A stretch of DNA of 63,978 bases, the filler included, from Craspedostauros australis (Eukaryota): assembly GCA_030167865.1 (NCBI GenBank). It is 6 parts of 6 records of this genome, joined end to end, with 100 filler letters (N's around TTAATTAATTAA, not from the genome) between each part and the next. Parts side by side here need not be neighbours in the genome. Positions count along the whole stretch, not along the records: positions 1 to 22,899 come from JALAGF010004580.1; 5 more parts are not named here. One strand, written 5' to 3'. How positions within the stretch are numbered: the stretch's first letter is position 1; the number at the start of each line of letters is the position of its first letter. Positions 1 through 11,176 of the stretch are shown here, in pieces. The position numbers were made by a program, and so were the translations under genes. The notes below the pieces were generated by a model. That model was not told the DNA's origin, did no database searches, and saw only the letters and a list, made by a program, of their open reading frames with translations.

Positions 1-768
1 AGAACGTTCCTGAAGATGCATCCCGTTTGCTCTTGGCGTTTGCCTTCCCCAAAATTCCAGAGGCAGATCAGCAATCATCCAAGACGCTCGATACAGAGTT
101 TCTCAAGCTGAACCCAAAGACGAATAAGTTCTGCAGGGCAAGCAAGAACCTACGGACCACCACAGGGGATGGTGTATTCCGTCACAAGAAGACTTGACAA
201 ACCCACCACAACATTCTTGCTTTCCCAGTACCTCCAGTGAAGACGTTCCTCCCCTGAACTGTGCTGTATGGAANNNNNNNNNNNNNNNNNNNNNNNNNNN
301 NNNNNNNNNNNNNNNNNNNNNNNNNNNNNNNNNNNNNNNNNNNNNNNNNNNNNNNNNNNNNNNNNNNNNNNNNNNNNNNNNNNNNNNNNNNNNNNNNNNN
401 NNNNNNNNNCACTACGCAACAGAGGCACACTCCGATCATGAAATTGAAGCAGGCCACACTGGCACCATCGAACATTATCCCAGCAGAGTAAATCACGAGT
501 GAAGCCTGAACAACTTGATGGGATGAATCATTGCTCGGTTGCGCAAGTTGCTCGCAGTCATGGCTGCAGACGAAAGAAAGGGCAAGAAACAAAAGGGAGG
601 CACGGAGACAGCGACCCACAACACTGATATCATTCCAGCAGGCGGGTCAGCCGTCGAAGATGGCGAGATGCAGCCACAGGGATGCCCCGAGGACCGCCAA
701 AGTAAAAAGGAATGATTGCCAGCCTATCCACGATGGATCCGAAGGAGGAGATCAAAATGACCAAATGA

Positions 769-1056
769 TTGCGGCAGGGTGAGCATGCAGCAAGGTACTG
801 TCCAGACATGAGGGGAACCTGTGTTGCCTGTTCAGTGTGTAGACACTGGATCTGTCCAGGATGCAACTTGTATGCTTGCTCATACATCGAAGCTGACAAA
901 CAGGAGTGGCTCACGGCATGTGGCATTGCCCTAACCATGGCATTAAGAAACATCACAAAAGGAGCGGACGCAATCATTGTTCACAACTTATGTCATCGAA
1001 TTGTGCACAAGGAGCCTGTCGAATGGGTAGAGAAGGTGAAGGCCCAGCATCAATGA
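769..1056 (+). mobile_element. Degenerate DNA-transposon relic; Cys-rich tail resembling the piggyBac-type transposase C-terminal CRD (relic probably spans ~1-1830)
   Basis: Translation H..RYCPDMRGTCVACSVCRHWICPGCNLYAC...NLCHRIVH fits the CxxC..CxxCxxxxC..CxxxxH pattern of piggyBac-like CRDs. Upstream frames are broken by stops and N gaps, and the region is visibly CpG-poor. No DDD core recognised. Confidence 0.35.
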
Positions 1057-1731
1057 GAGAAGCTACCACAATGAACGCCTCTATCAGCGCAAACACAGAT
1101 GAGACAACCACCACAGCTACAGGTGCAGTAACAGACATAGCAAGAGAGATGAGCAACGAAAGCAATGACAACGCCGACGGTGAAGCCACCAATGCCAAGG
1201 CAAATCAAACAAACACAGCCACAAGAATTAGCTCAAGGGTGCCTGTCCTGAATCTGGAAGCAGTAATACAAGCGGCGCACAAGGCAGCCACCAAAGCCAG
1301 GATCCAGAGCAGAGATACAGAGGTCATAACTCACGGTCTGCATGGAAGGAAGCGGAAACGATGATATGCAATACGAATTATGTACACCAACGTATTCCAC
1401 GCACAAGAGGCTCGCAAGGATGACTGTAGCATAACAGTAGCACAACAGTATCATAACAGTAGAGAAAGGCAATATAATGCAGAGTAGAGTCAGTGTTGAT
1501 TGCTGTTATTGTGGGGATGGAGAGAGTATTTGTGTAAGGAAAGAACGGAGGAGGTGCGTCTCAATGCAAAATCGCTGTGTGCACAAGTTTACACGCAACA
1601 ACACGAAGAATCCAAAAAATGTGACAGGGNNNNNNNNNNNNNNNNNNNNNNNNNNNNNNNNNNNNNNNNNNNNNNNNNNNNNNNNNNNNNNNNNNNNNNN
1701 NNNNNNNNNNNNNNNNNNNNNNNNNNNNNNN

Positions 1732-1805
1732 AGTCCACTTACGAAACAACAAAAATGGTAAGTGGACTGAGGAATCCACTTAGCCGTAAGTGGACTCCTC
1801 AGTCC
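1732..1805. repeat. Nested inverted repeats / hairpin, probable transposon subterminal structure
   Basis: GGACTGAGGA-A-TCCACTTA-gccg-TAAGTGGA-C-TCCTCAGTCC (1764-1805) is an 18-bp stem with one mismatch and a 4-nt loop. AGTCCACTTAC (1732-1742) is the reverse complement of GTAAGTGGACT (1758-1768). Confidence 0.75.
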
Positions 1806-4800
1806 CGAAAAATTCCTTACGGATATACAAATGTACCTACTATATTGATATCATGACCGCTCGTACTCATAGCTCGTGCGATGGTATGCGTGGCCTGGTG
1901 CATACCAATACGAGTAGAACCCACCTACTGGCTGATGATAGAGGACAGCAGGCGGGCAAGTGGAAACAAATCTTGATGATCGTTCCAAGAACATGCACCT
2001 CTACTCGTATCTGCACTCCGCCCGTGTTTGCACGCCATCAAACATTGCCTATGGTTGACCAGGAGACCGATCAGTCATCCCAAGCGAACTCGCCATCCAT
2101 CCGCCAGTCTCTGTCTCTTCATGGGAGTAAGAGTAGGGAGAGACATTCATTGTATGTGCCCATGTCACTAAACGAGCACGATCATGAACATGAGCATGGG
2201 CACGATCATAAGTAAGTGCCTTGACTCTACAAGTGCATGTGACCATGGCCATCTCTCTCTCTCCGAAGAGTGGCACATGTCTGCAGTAGAAATGCCAAAG
2301 TCCAAGGCACCAAACTCCGAACTCCACACAGCATCAGCATCAGCACCGGCGACAACGCCAGGGGCAGCGGCGGCTTCGACACTGGAGTGCTCTGCCCAGG
2401 AATCGATGGCAACCACCAAAGACGACGACAATGTTCAAAAGATCCAGTGGTCGCGACACGCACGCAGGTGTTTTTCCAATACTGAAGGACGTCACGTATC
2501 AGAGTCGGGTTGGTATACGTTTGCCCCTTGGATGTAGGAATTCGGATTCTGCACTGGCACCAGCCTTTGTTCGCGTAAGGTTGGGTGGGATTTGCTCCAG
2601 TCTCATTTTCATCCATCCAGAGGGAACAACGTCGTGGATGAATCGCACGATGGGAGGTCATTTGGCGACATCCTTTTCGATTGGGACCAGAGTTGCTGTT
2701 CCTCTTTCGCCAATCATGGTCGTCATTTGAGATGGGCAATTCAGCATCGGAGACGCCACACATCGCACAGTACGGTCTGCCAAACCAATGCTCTCCTCCT
2801 GTCATTCTCTGTATTCACAAGGTTTAAGAGCCCGTTTCTACCTCCGACGCCAAAGATCCCTTTGCAGAATCGCGGAATGGAACGGAATGGAATGCAATGA
2901 GGGAGATGATTCGGACGAGGAATGTGTTCACAAGTCCACTCGAGCAAGAACATGATGTCATGGCCACAACCTGTGAACGAGCGTCTGCCAGAGTACCATC
3001 CTTTACACGAGGATGAATGCCCTCAACCTTGCCTCCCATCATAGGTCGTACACTCTCTGTCTGCTCTCGCCACCGAAGAAGCAATCCTTTCAGATCGTCT
3101 ATCGTCTATCGCTCATCGCGCATCCCATCAACAACGGGAATAATAGAGGAGCACTCTTCCATAATACGAGTAGCATGGGTCAACAACTGTCGCTCGGGCC
3201 TTGCGTCACTACCAGCGCGACTGCACTTTGTGCTACATTGTCGCAATGGCTAACAACACTGGGACACGTACCGGTATGGACACCGACATTGACATCCCCT
3301 CCTTCGCTTCGTGCAGATGGGCCCACTTCTCGCCTGGTCATCACATCGACATTAATCTTAGTGTGTGCGAAGTATGTACGAGTATGTAACCGAGCCCACT
3401 CTACTCTACTCTGTCAGAGAGTACGTATTTCTTCGGTGAATCTCGGAGCGACAACACCAATTCGTATTTCCGCAGCAGCATTGTGTAGGGGTGACGTTGC
3501 AAGATTTGTTGAGCTCGGACATGTCTGTGTACTCGCCCGCGAAACAATGGAACAACGTCACAGCGAAACAGAAGCCTGTCATCCACATCACCGATGTGGT
3601 CATGATGTCATGAGACACATTCGGCAGTGAACAGTACGGTACACTGCCACCTCAACGCACTTTCAACATCTCTGCACAAGCACTCCAGCGTGCACTCGGG
3701 GAGAGCGAAGTGGAAGCTTCTCCTTGGCTCGTCACACCTGCGCCCACGAGTTGGTATGTATGGTACGGGTATGACGTGATGTAAAGCGAAGAACAAAAGA
3801 TGGAGCGTGGGCAAAACAATCTCCGCAGCAGAAGGCTAGAGAAGTTCACCACTCTGGAGCCCAGTTGAGCAGTGGATGTATCACAGCTCACAGGTATGAT
3901 ACGTTGTTCTGGTGCCACATCGTCAGTCATCTTGGGCTCCCACTCCCGCCCACTTTCGAGGACAAGTCCAGAGATGTACGAGCTCATCAATCGCAAATCT
4001 CTATACTCTACGATCTTGTTCGTCCTCGGACGTCGGTACCTCCTCCTCTCTCTTTCCTCCAGAGTGTGCAAGGTTGAGCATTCCGCGCAATTCCGATCAC
4101 CAACACCAACACCAACCCTGCCCCACTCGCCCCTCAAAACTTCTGTGCTCTTGGCTTCGCATTGCGTTGCACCACAACACATCGGATCGAGACCGCCCGT
4201 TTGACGAGACCGTTTCTTTTGCCGAACTTGTTGTGTGGATGAGAACTGTGTTCGATGACGTAGGGCCGAGATGGATTGCGTATTCCCTGTAGTACGTACA
4301 TGTCCGCGCTGATGCGAACCGATTCCTGTTTGGCGCTGATTGACGAAGCGGCGAAGGTATCAGGTCTGAGTGGGCTGACGTCGCGATCTGCACTAGCTAC
4401 ACGAACTACGAGTACTCTGGCATGGAGGCAGCTCATGTGGTTGATGCCTTTCAGCGTGAGTGGGTTTCGTTAGCCAGGTATTCCCACCATACGAGCTGCC
4501 TATACGTACGGGCACTCCAAGTATGGCGGCAACCTGGCCAACGTCAGAATCAATTCATATCATTTCATCCATCGCCCGTTATCCACACAACGAATGAATG
4601 AATGAATGAGTTCACCAAACATTTGAAAAAGGCCGCGCAATCGCACACAACCCCGTTCTACCATGCGTACGCGCGGCACAAGCAGAGTACCAGCGTACGA
4701 ACACATCAGATTGTACTATGGATTCCATTGGAGCACATTGAGGCATAGCGCAGTATTGATAGAATGAAATGCCGATAGAGCAAGACAGCACGGCACAGAA

Positions 4801-6267
4801 CAAGTGTTGAGTCCCAATCTCTGCCGCCGTCTTCATGCGCAGGCAAGGCGGACGGAAGGGCACCATTAGACCGAGTATGGAATGTAGAGCGCATGGCTGG
4901 AGTCGCTGTTCCACGTCCAAGTCGCGTTATCTCCCTCTCTCTCTCTCTCTTACTCCCACTCGCTTACTTCTTCATCAAGTGGAACATTTCGTCTGTTTGG
5001 TTGCGGGAGGATCGACTCATCGACATGGAGTAACGCAGCCCACGGATGGAAATACCAATCCTGATGTTCGCGACATCGACACACATGTCATCGCCACAAT
5101 CGAGATGACCGCAGATTCAACTCCACAAGGAACTGTTCCGCGCAGAGAGTATGCTCTGTCGAAGTCGCCGTCCTCCCAAGCAACCTCGCCGACCATCGGG
5201 CAGATTGCGGAGGTACCAGGACACAATCATCTCTTCTGCGCAAAAGATCCCAAGGGTACATTTTCCATCTGCAGCAGGTATAATACTTGGCACATACCGC
5301 TCTTACAACTACTCGTATCAAGGCGACTAGTCACCCATCCACATCCTTCGGCTCGTTCAACCATCTCTCCGCAGCACCGTGCGAGCCATCAATCGCAGAA
5401 GAGAATGTGGATTTGGTTGCGTGTGCCATTCGATGCTCGGACTGAAGCCCCATTCACGGTACCCAGCTTCAGGCAAAACACGACCACTGCCGCTGGTTGC
5501 AAGCACACATGGTACTCCACGCTATCTATTCCACAACCACTCGGACGTGTTCATACTCGTGCCGCGGCACCAGCACCATGCGATAATCGCGGTGCGTCAA
5601 AACAGCCGAGCCATGCAAAAGACTCGCATTGTCCACAGTGAAACAGAGTAAATGCTTGAGCGATGGTCACGGTCATCATGGCTCGCACCTTGCCCGCAAG
5701 AGAGAGAACATCGCCAAGTGCGAACGTATGAATTGATGGATGGAAGAAGAGACCTCGAGACGTTGGTAAGCACAACAGGTGCCTCTGGAGGAAGGAACGC
5801 CGTGTGCAACCACGGTCGACGATGCACTCCAATCGCGATCAAGCCGCAAACCTGTTCGAAGTGGATCGACTAACTACATCGTGAACATAGATACAAATGG
5901 TTGAATGACAGACGCAATATTGATGGTGCAGTGAGCGCGCCATCCACGACACGAATCCGCAATGTTCAGCAACATGATACGACTACTCAGACCCAAGCAG
6001 CGGCATCAAGCTCTTCCGTCCACCCAAGCGAAAGGCTACGCTCATACCGGCTGCACTCTGCGACCATCTTTGGCTGGACTCCAGGAAAGACCGCCCGAGG
6101 CCAAAGAACCATGCTGTTGCACTCCACATAGCTCGTACTTGTCCATCAAAAGAGTAGCGCACTTTATTTTATCAATGTATTGCTCTTCGTCCACTTTGCA
6201 TGACACACGTTGACACGCAGATACATATGATATATATGCCATAATAGCCATGATCCTATCCCTGCGA

Positions 6268-7914
6268 CTATGCCATGGAATCGTCGTCATTCATCAGCAA
6301 GGTGACGTTCGATTGCACAAAGTAGTTCTGCACGAAGCTCCCACGGAACACCTCGGATGCCACGGACGCGCCTACTTGATCATCGTCTTCGTCGCTGCTC
6401 TTGTGCTTGTCTGCGGCAGCCTGCCCGTCTGCCTCGTCGTCATTGGTCGCATGCTTGCGGGAGAATGTTCCCAATCCGTGCATTTCTCCTTTGACGAATT
6501 CCCCCAGATAATGGTCGCCGTTCGTGAACCACAGCGAACCGATCCCGCTGGGTTTGTCGTCGATCAATGGCCCCGAGTAGAATGCCTCGCACGTGATGAT
6601 GGTCGCACCGTCATCGACATTTGGCCCGCTATGGATCTCGACCTGCATGCTGCGCCGTCGTGTGCGATAGATCTTGTTGCCGTGCTCGTCCGTGGATGTC
6701 TGCGTTCCAGTCGAATCCATCGACGAGCTGAGACGTATCGACAGATCCGCTTCCTGGTGCTGCTCGATTGCGGAAGCCGATGACATTGTTCCCGCGGCTG
6801 CTGCTGCGGCTGGGACAAAATCGACCTTCGGTTTGTGAAGGAGGAGGTTGGACAAGTGGTCCAGCGTGTACTCCTCGTCCTCGCTGGCAAGCAGCTGCAG
6901 TGAGCTGGATATCTGGTTCGAGCCCGACAGCCAGTCATCGGTCGGCGCCTTCATCTTCCATTGCAGGCGCAGCGGCTGCAGGTGGGCCAGGGTGTCGCTG
7001 GATGCCGGCGATGGTGGCTGTCGCTGCGATGTCTTGTTCGACGATCGCTGGCGTCTTCTGGAGCTGTGGCTGCCCTTGTCCTTGCTGCTGGGGCTGCCGT
7101 CGGCGATGGGCTTGGACGAGGAGGGCCGTTTGGAGGTGCGGTGCTTGATCTCCTTGGACAGCCTCGTCTGGAGGATGGACTTGTGCATGACGACCTTGCA
7201 CAGATCGTCCGTGGTCGTCTTCAGATCCGCTTCCATCGTCTTGACGGTCTGCGACGACCGCTCCACCTGACGCTGGTAATCGGCATTCTGCTGCAGCAGC
7301 GTTCGCAGCTGATGTCGATGCTGCCGTTTCCCCTGGGTCTGCTTGATCTGATCGTTGGAGGACTGCAGAGTGGCCGTCGACACTCGCAGCCCCTGCACCT
7401 GCAGCTGGTACGCCCCCACCTGATTCTCGAAGTCCTCCTGGAGCTGGTCGTGACGCGATGCGAGTTTCTGCATCTCTTTGGACATCCCGAGCAGCGTCTT
7501 GCTGCCCATGGCGTCTTTCAGCGCCTTGTCGGAGGGAGATGCTTTCGCCGCCGGCGCTGGTGGCGTTGTCCCGTCAGAGCGCTTGCGTGCCGGAGTCGCG
7601 GCGTTGTCCTCACGGCGATCGACGAAGATGGACGCCTTCTGATCGCTGCCCACCTGACCCGTGATGATGCTGGAGGCGAACGAAAGGCCACCGTTGGTAT
7701 GGCCGTTCTGTGCCGATTTGGCGCCATTTTGCCCTTCCCTCGCCGAATTCGTGTCCACTGCGGCAGGCACTTGCGAATGTCCCAACCCATCGCCGCTTCC
7801 GCCGCCGCCCATGATGTATCCCGATTCTGGCACCTTGTGATGCAGCTCCAGCGGCAACGGCTTCGTCATGGTCATCGCCGTCTCCATGTCAACCTGGTGA
7901 GCGCTGACTCTCAT
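6268..7914 (-). CDS. Coiled-coil protein with C-terminal MORN repeats (~548 aa if started at MRVSAHQ)
   Basis: Long intronless ORF with a heptad-rich central segment (EMQKLASRHDQLQEDFENQ...). C-terminal YSGPLIDDKPSGIGSLWFTNGDHYLGEFVKGEMHGLGTF matches the MORN consensus YxGxxxxGxxHGxG. Start codon choice is uncertain. Confidence 0.75.
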   Translation of the reverse strand: MRVSAHQVDMETAMTMTKPLPLELHHKVPESGYIMGGGGSGDGLGHSQVPAAVDTNSAREGQNGAKSAQNGHTNGGLSFASSIITGQVGSDQKASIFVDRREDNAATPARKRSDGTTPPAPAAKASPSDKALKDAMGSKTLLGMSKEMQKLASRHDQLQEDFENQVGAYQLQVQGLRVSTATLQSSNDQIKQTQGKRQHRHQLRTLLQQNADYQRQVERSSQTVKTMEADLKTTTDDLCKVVMHKSILQTRLSKEIKHRTSKRPSSSKPIADGSPSSKDKGSHSSRRRQRSSNKTSQRQPPSPASSDTLAHLQPLRLQWKMKAPTDDWLSGSNQISSSLQLLASEDEEYTLDHLSNLLLHKPKVDFVPAAAAAAGTMSSASAIEQHQEADLSIRLSSSMDSTGTQTSTDEHGNKIYRTRRRSMQVEIHSGPNVDDGATIITCEAFYSGPLIDDKPSGIGSLWFTNGDHYLGEFVKGEMHGLGTFSRKHATNDDEADGQAAADKHKSSDEDDDQVGASVASEVFRGSFVQNYFVQSNVTLLMNDDDSMA

Positions 7915-8994
7915 GGTCGCTGTTCGCACCTGCTTGCTTGTGTGGTGTGGTGTCGTGTAATGTTGATGTTGATGTTGATGTTGATGTGCTCTGGCGTTCG
8001 TTTTTTGTGTGCATCTCCTCTGTTTTCGTCGAGGGCGGTTGTGCCCCTCTGTGTCCGATACTACCCAAGTCTCGTTAAGATCCATCCAGAGTCATCCACG
8101 CGCCTTTTCGGAGATGGCATCTTTCGTGTCGTATTTTTGAGAAAGTGATTGCGCGGGCCTTTGTTGCCGTGTCTGTGAGTGTGGCGAGATTCGGGTGCGT
8201 CATCACCGATCCAATCCTCGTCTCTACTGTACTGTGCCTTTGTTTGTTTCTCCACCACGATCGAAAGAAATGTCATTGTGTTTTAATTCGTCGATGGTCG
8301 CATTAGTCTAAATGATCGTAGTAGTCGATTTCAGAAACCGATTGCATGACGTCACAAGAGGAACAAAGACAAAATACCGAGCACGCGCCTCTGGAAAAAC
8401 ACGGTCACACAACATCAAACACGACACAACAAGAACACATCCATGATCTTGAAAAGTGATGTTCGTTCGTGGCATGTTGTGATGCCGCGGCAGCAATGAG
8501 AGGATGAGAGAAGTCGGTCAAACAGAGACAAGAGAGCACGTCCAGGAGGGGGTCACAGGCGGCGCGGCACAGTTGTGTGATCCCATTGGATTTGTTTGTG
8601 AGGTTGGTACTCTCACAAATTGAAGTGGAAGTTACAGTGCATACGGGTACAAGTGGTCGCAGCATTGCAGCGCCAACGAACAGCACGAAGGAAAGAACCC
8701 AGGAACGATGGGAAGACAGCTGAGAGGAAAGATCGGTGTGAATCTGCGCCATCATGAGCAGCCATACCGTGAGTGGAATAATATCTGGTTTGGTTGTTCC
8801 TTCATGCCTCGGTCTACTTGCTTACTGTGATGCTCCGTTCTATTCCGTTCTTGTGTTCGGCTTTGCCATTCCCGTGGAAGTCAAATACCGCGCCCTCCAC
8901 CCAAGAGCAAGCAACTATTATATCTTTGCCACAGGATCGAACTCATTCATCGCTCCGCTCCATTATTTTGCCATGCACAGTGTTCCTGAATTCC

Positions 8995-10256
8995 ATGTCG
9001 GGCACCGCCGACCTTCGCAGCGATGCCCCTGCCATCTTGGCCGGCAACCAACTGCGGGGATGGGTTGACATCACCTTCTCGGGCAAGCACAGCGAAGTGT
9101 TCGATTCGGACGCATCGGTGCAGGCCGTCGTCACGGTGGAAGGCTTGGAACGCAGACTGAATGGTGCCAGCGGCAACGCGATTCGCACGGCCGGTGTGTC
9201 GTCGCATCCCAAAACGGCCGACAAATTGGAAGACGAGACCACGAGACAGCAGATTGGACGAGGCATCGTGCTGTTGTGGAAGCGACACAAGACGTACGAT
9301 ATCTCGCACGGCGACGACCCGCAGATCCATTTTGAGGTGGATATTCCCGAAGATACTCCAGATTCCTTCGAGGCCTTGACATTGAAAAGATACTATCTTT
9401 CCGATACGAAAGGGCTTCACGGTGATGTTGTGGTAAGTGAATCCATGAATGACTGCCGCTTGTTGGTTTTTGGGTTGCGCGTGGTTTCCCTCGTTGTCGC
9501 AAACATAAACTGCGTCGCGCCTGAATTGAGACTGACACTTCTCCATCCACACGTACGCCATACCACGCGGAACAGTACTTCGTCCAAGTCGCCGTGTACC
9601 TCGACAAGAAACTGGCATTCCGCACATCGCATGCCCAGCGCTTCTTGGTGATGCAACGACCGCCATCGCCAGCCACACCCATCCCCTACCACCCCGACAT
9701 CGCGACGAAATCCGTGCGCCACATGACGAAGGTGGGCAATTTGCTGATCGCCGTGCGCATGTCAAATCACCGCCTCTCGAAAGGAAACGTGGGTCACGTC
9801 GCCATCGCCTGTCGCAACGTATCGCCGACTCCAATTTATAGCGTGACGGCGCGGTTGATGGAGGTCGTTATCGACAATGGATCGAATGTCGTGGTGGAGT
9901 CTAAGAAGATCGGTCAGATCGATGATGTGGCGGTGCCTGGATTGCAGACGTCGGTGTTGAAGGATGTGGCGCAGCAGGAGCTGCACGATGCGCTGTCGCA
10001 AGAAGTGCTGCTGCCCGAGAACGTGTTGTCATTTCAGATTCCGACGCGCGTGATCCGTTGCTCGTTGGATGGCGAGTACACCAAGGTGGCGCATAGCTTG
10101 CAGCTGACGTTCTGCATGAAAGGCATCGTGTATCAGGACGTGAAAGTGGATGTTCCTCTGATCATTGTGTCATCGCAGAATGTGGTCGACGTGGAAGATC
10201 CAGGCACGGACATCGAATCGGATGATGAGGATGACGATGATGACGCGTCCCAGTGA
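8995..10256 (+). CDS. Arrestin-fold (alpha-arrestin/Vps26-like) protein, 2 exons (8995-9432, 9576-10256), ~372 aa
   Basis: GTAAGT donor at 9433 and AACAG acceptor ending 9575 join in frame. Spliced product has AGNQLRGWVDI, FEVDIPEDTPDSF...HGDVVYFVQV and QIP...SLDGEYTKVAHSLQL...VDVPLII, typical arrestin_N/arrestin_C strands, followed by an acidic tail. Confidence 0.7.
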
Positions 10257-11176
10257 GATGGTACGTCATACACGGTACTCATACTCGCGCTTGTGCTTGC
10301 ATAGTATGGTGGTGCACTCGGAGCAGTAGCGTGATTGATGGCCGTGCCAAGAGGACTCATGATGGCACCATTGGGAAGGGAACCTGCGGGATCCACAATG
10401 CCACGCGATGTAACACTGTAAACGCTGTAAAGTATTATAGAACGCTGATGTGGATGTATTGATGACTTGCGCAACCCTCAACTACTCCCAAGAGGAACCG
10501 ATACCCCACCGCCACCACCAGCATGATCCGCCTCATTCGTCGTGGACCCACTCCAGAACGCAGCACCGGCGGATTGTCGATTTCGAAGACGCCGCTGACG
10601 ATTGGAAGATGGCCTATTGCAGACGGAGAGGCACACCCAGGTCGTAAGCCACAGACAGAGCTTGCAGAACATCTCGTTCCATGTCTTCTTGGTTGTTGCT
10701 CTTTGTGATGGCACTTGCGTGAGTGTGATCTTGTCGTTGGATCTAAGCGGATGTCATGTTCGAACACGACCACGAGTTCACGCATCGCGCTGAATCTTCT
10801 TGATGCTTCGTGTTGTTTCTGCAATGGCGTCATTGTGTCCGTTGGCACGAAATTCGAGGAAGAAACCACGCAGTTAGTCCGAGTAGTCCAATTGCGCCCG
10901 TCCGTCCGCCAACGCGGTTGAAGTCGTCACCATGACCAACAAGGTCGTTCTCCACGTTTTTCGTGTTCGTGCTTGGCAGGAGCGTGTTTTGCGCAAATGG
11001 TGCTGTTCCAAGAAACGGGTGATGAATCTGGACATTGTCGTCCATCATCATTGTTCATTGTAAGAGTTGTTCATTGTAAGAGTTGTCCATTGTGCATAGA
11101 CAATACATATATAATAGTAAACGTACCCCAAACAACCTAATCCATAGATAGCCAGCGCAACGGGAAGCAGGGAGCC

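Noticed and set aside
10133..10474. Minus-strand ORF containing SAPPYY (PPxY-like) next to an arrestin gene
   Set aside because: It is on the opposite strand from the arrestin CDS, so it cannot supply its PPxY motif; the short ORF has no other support.
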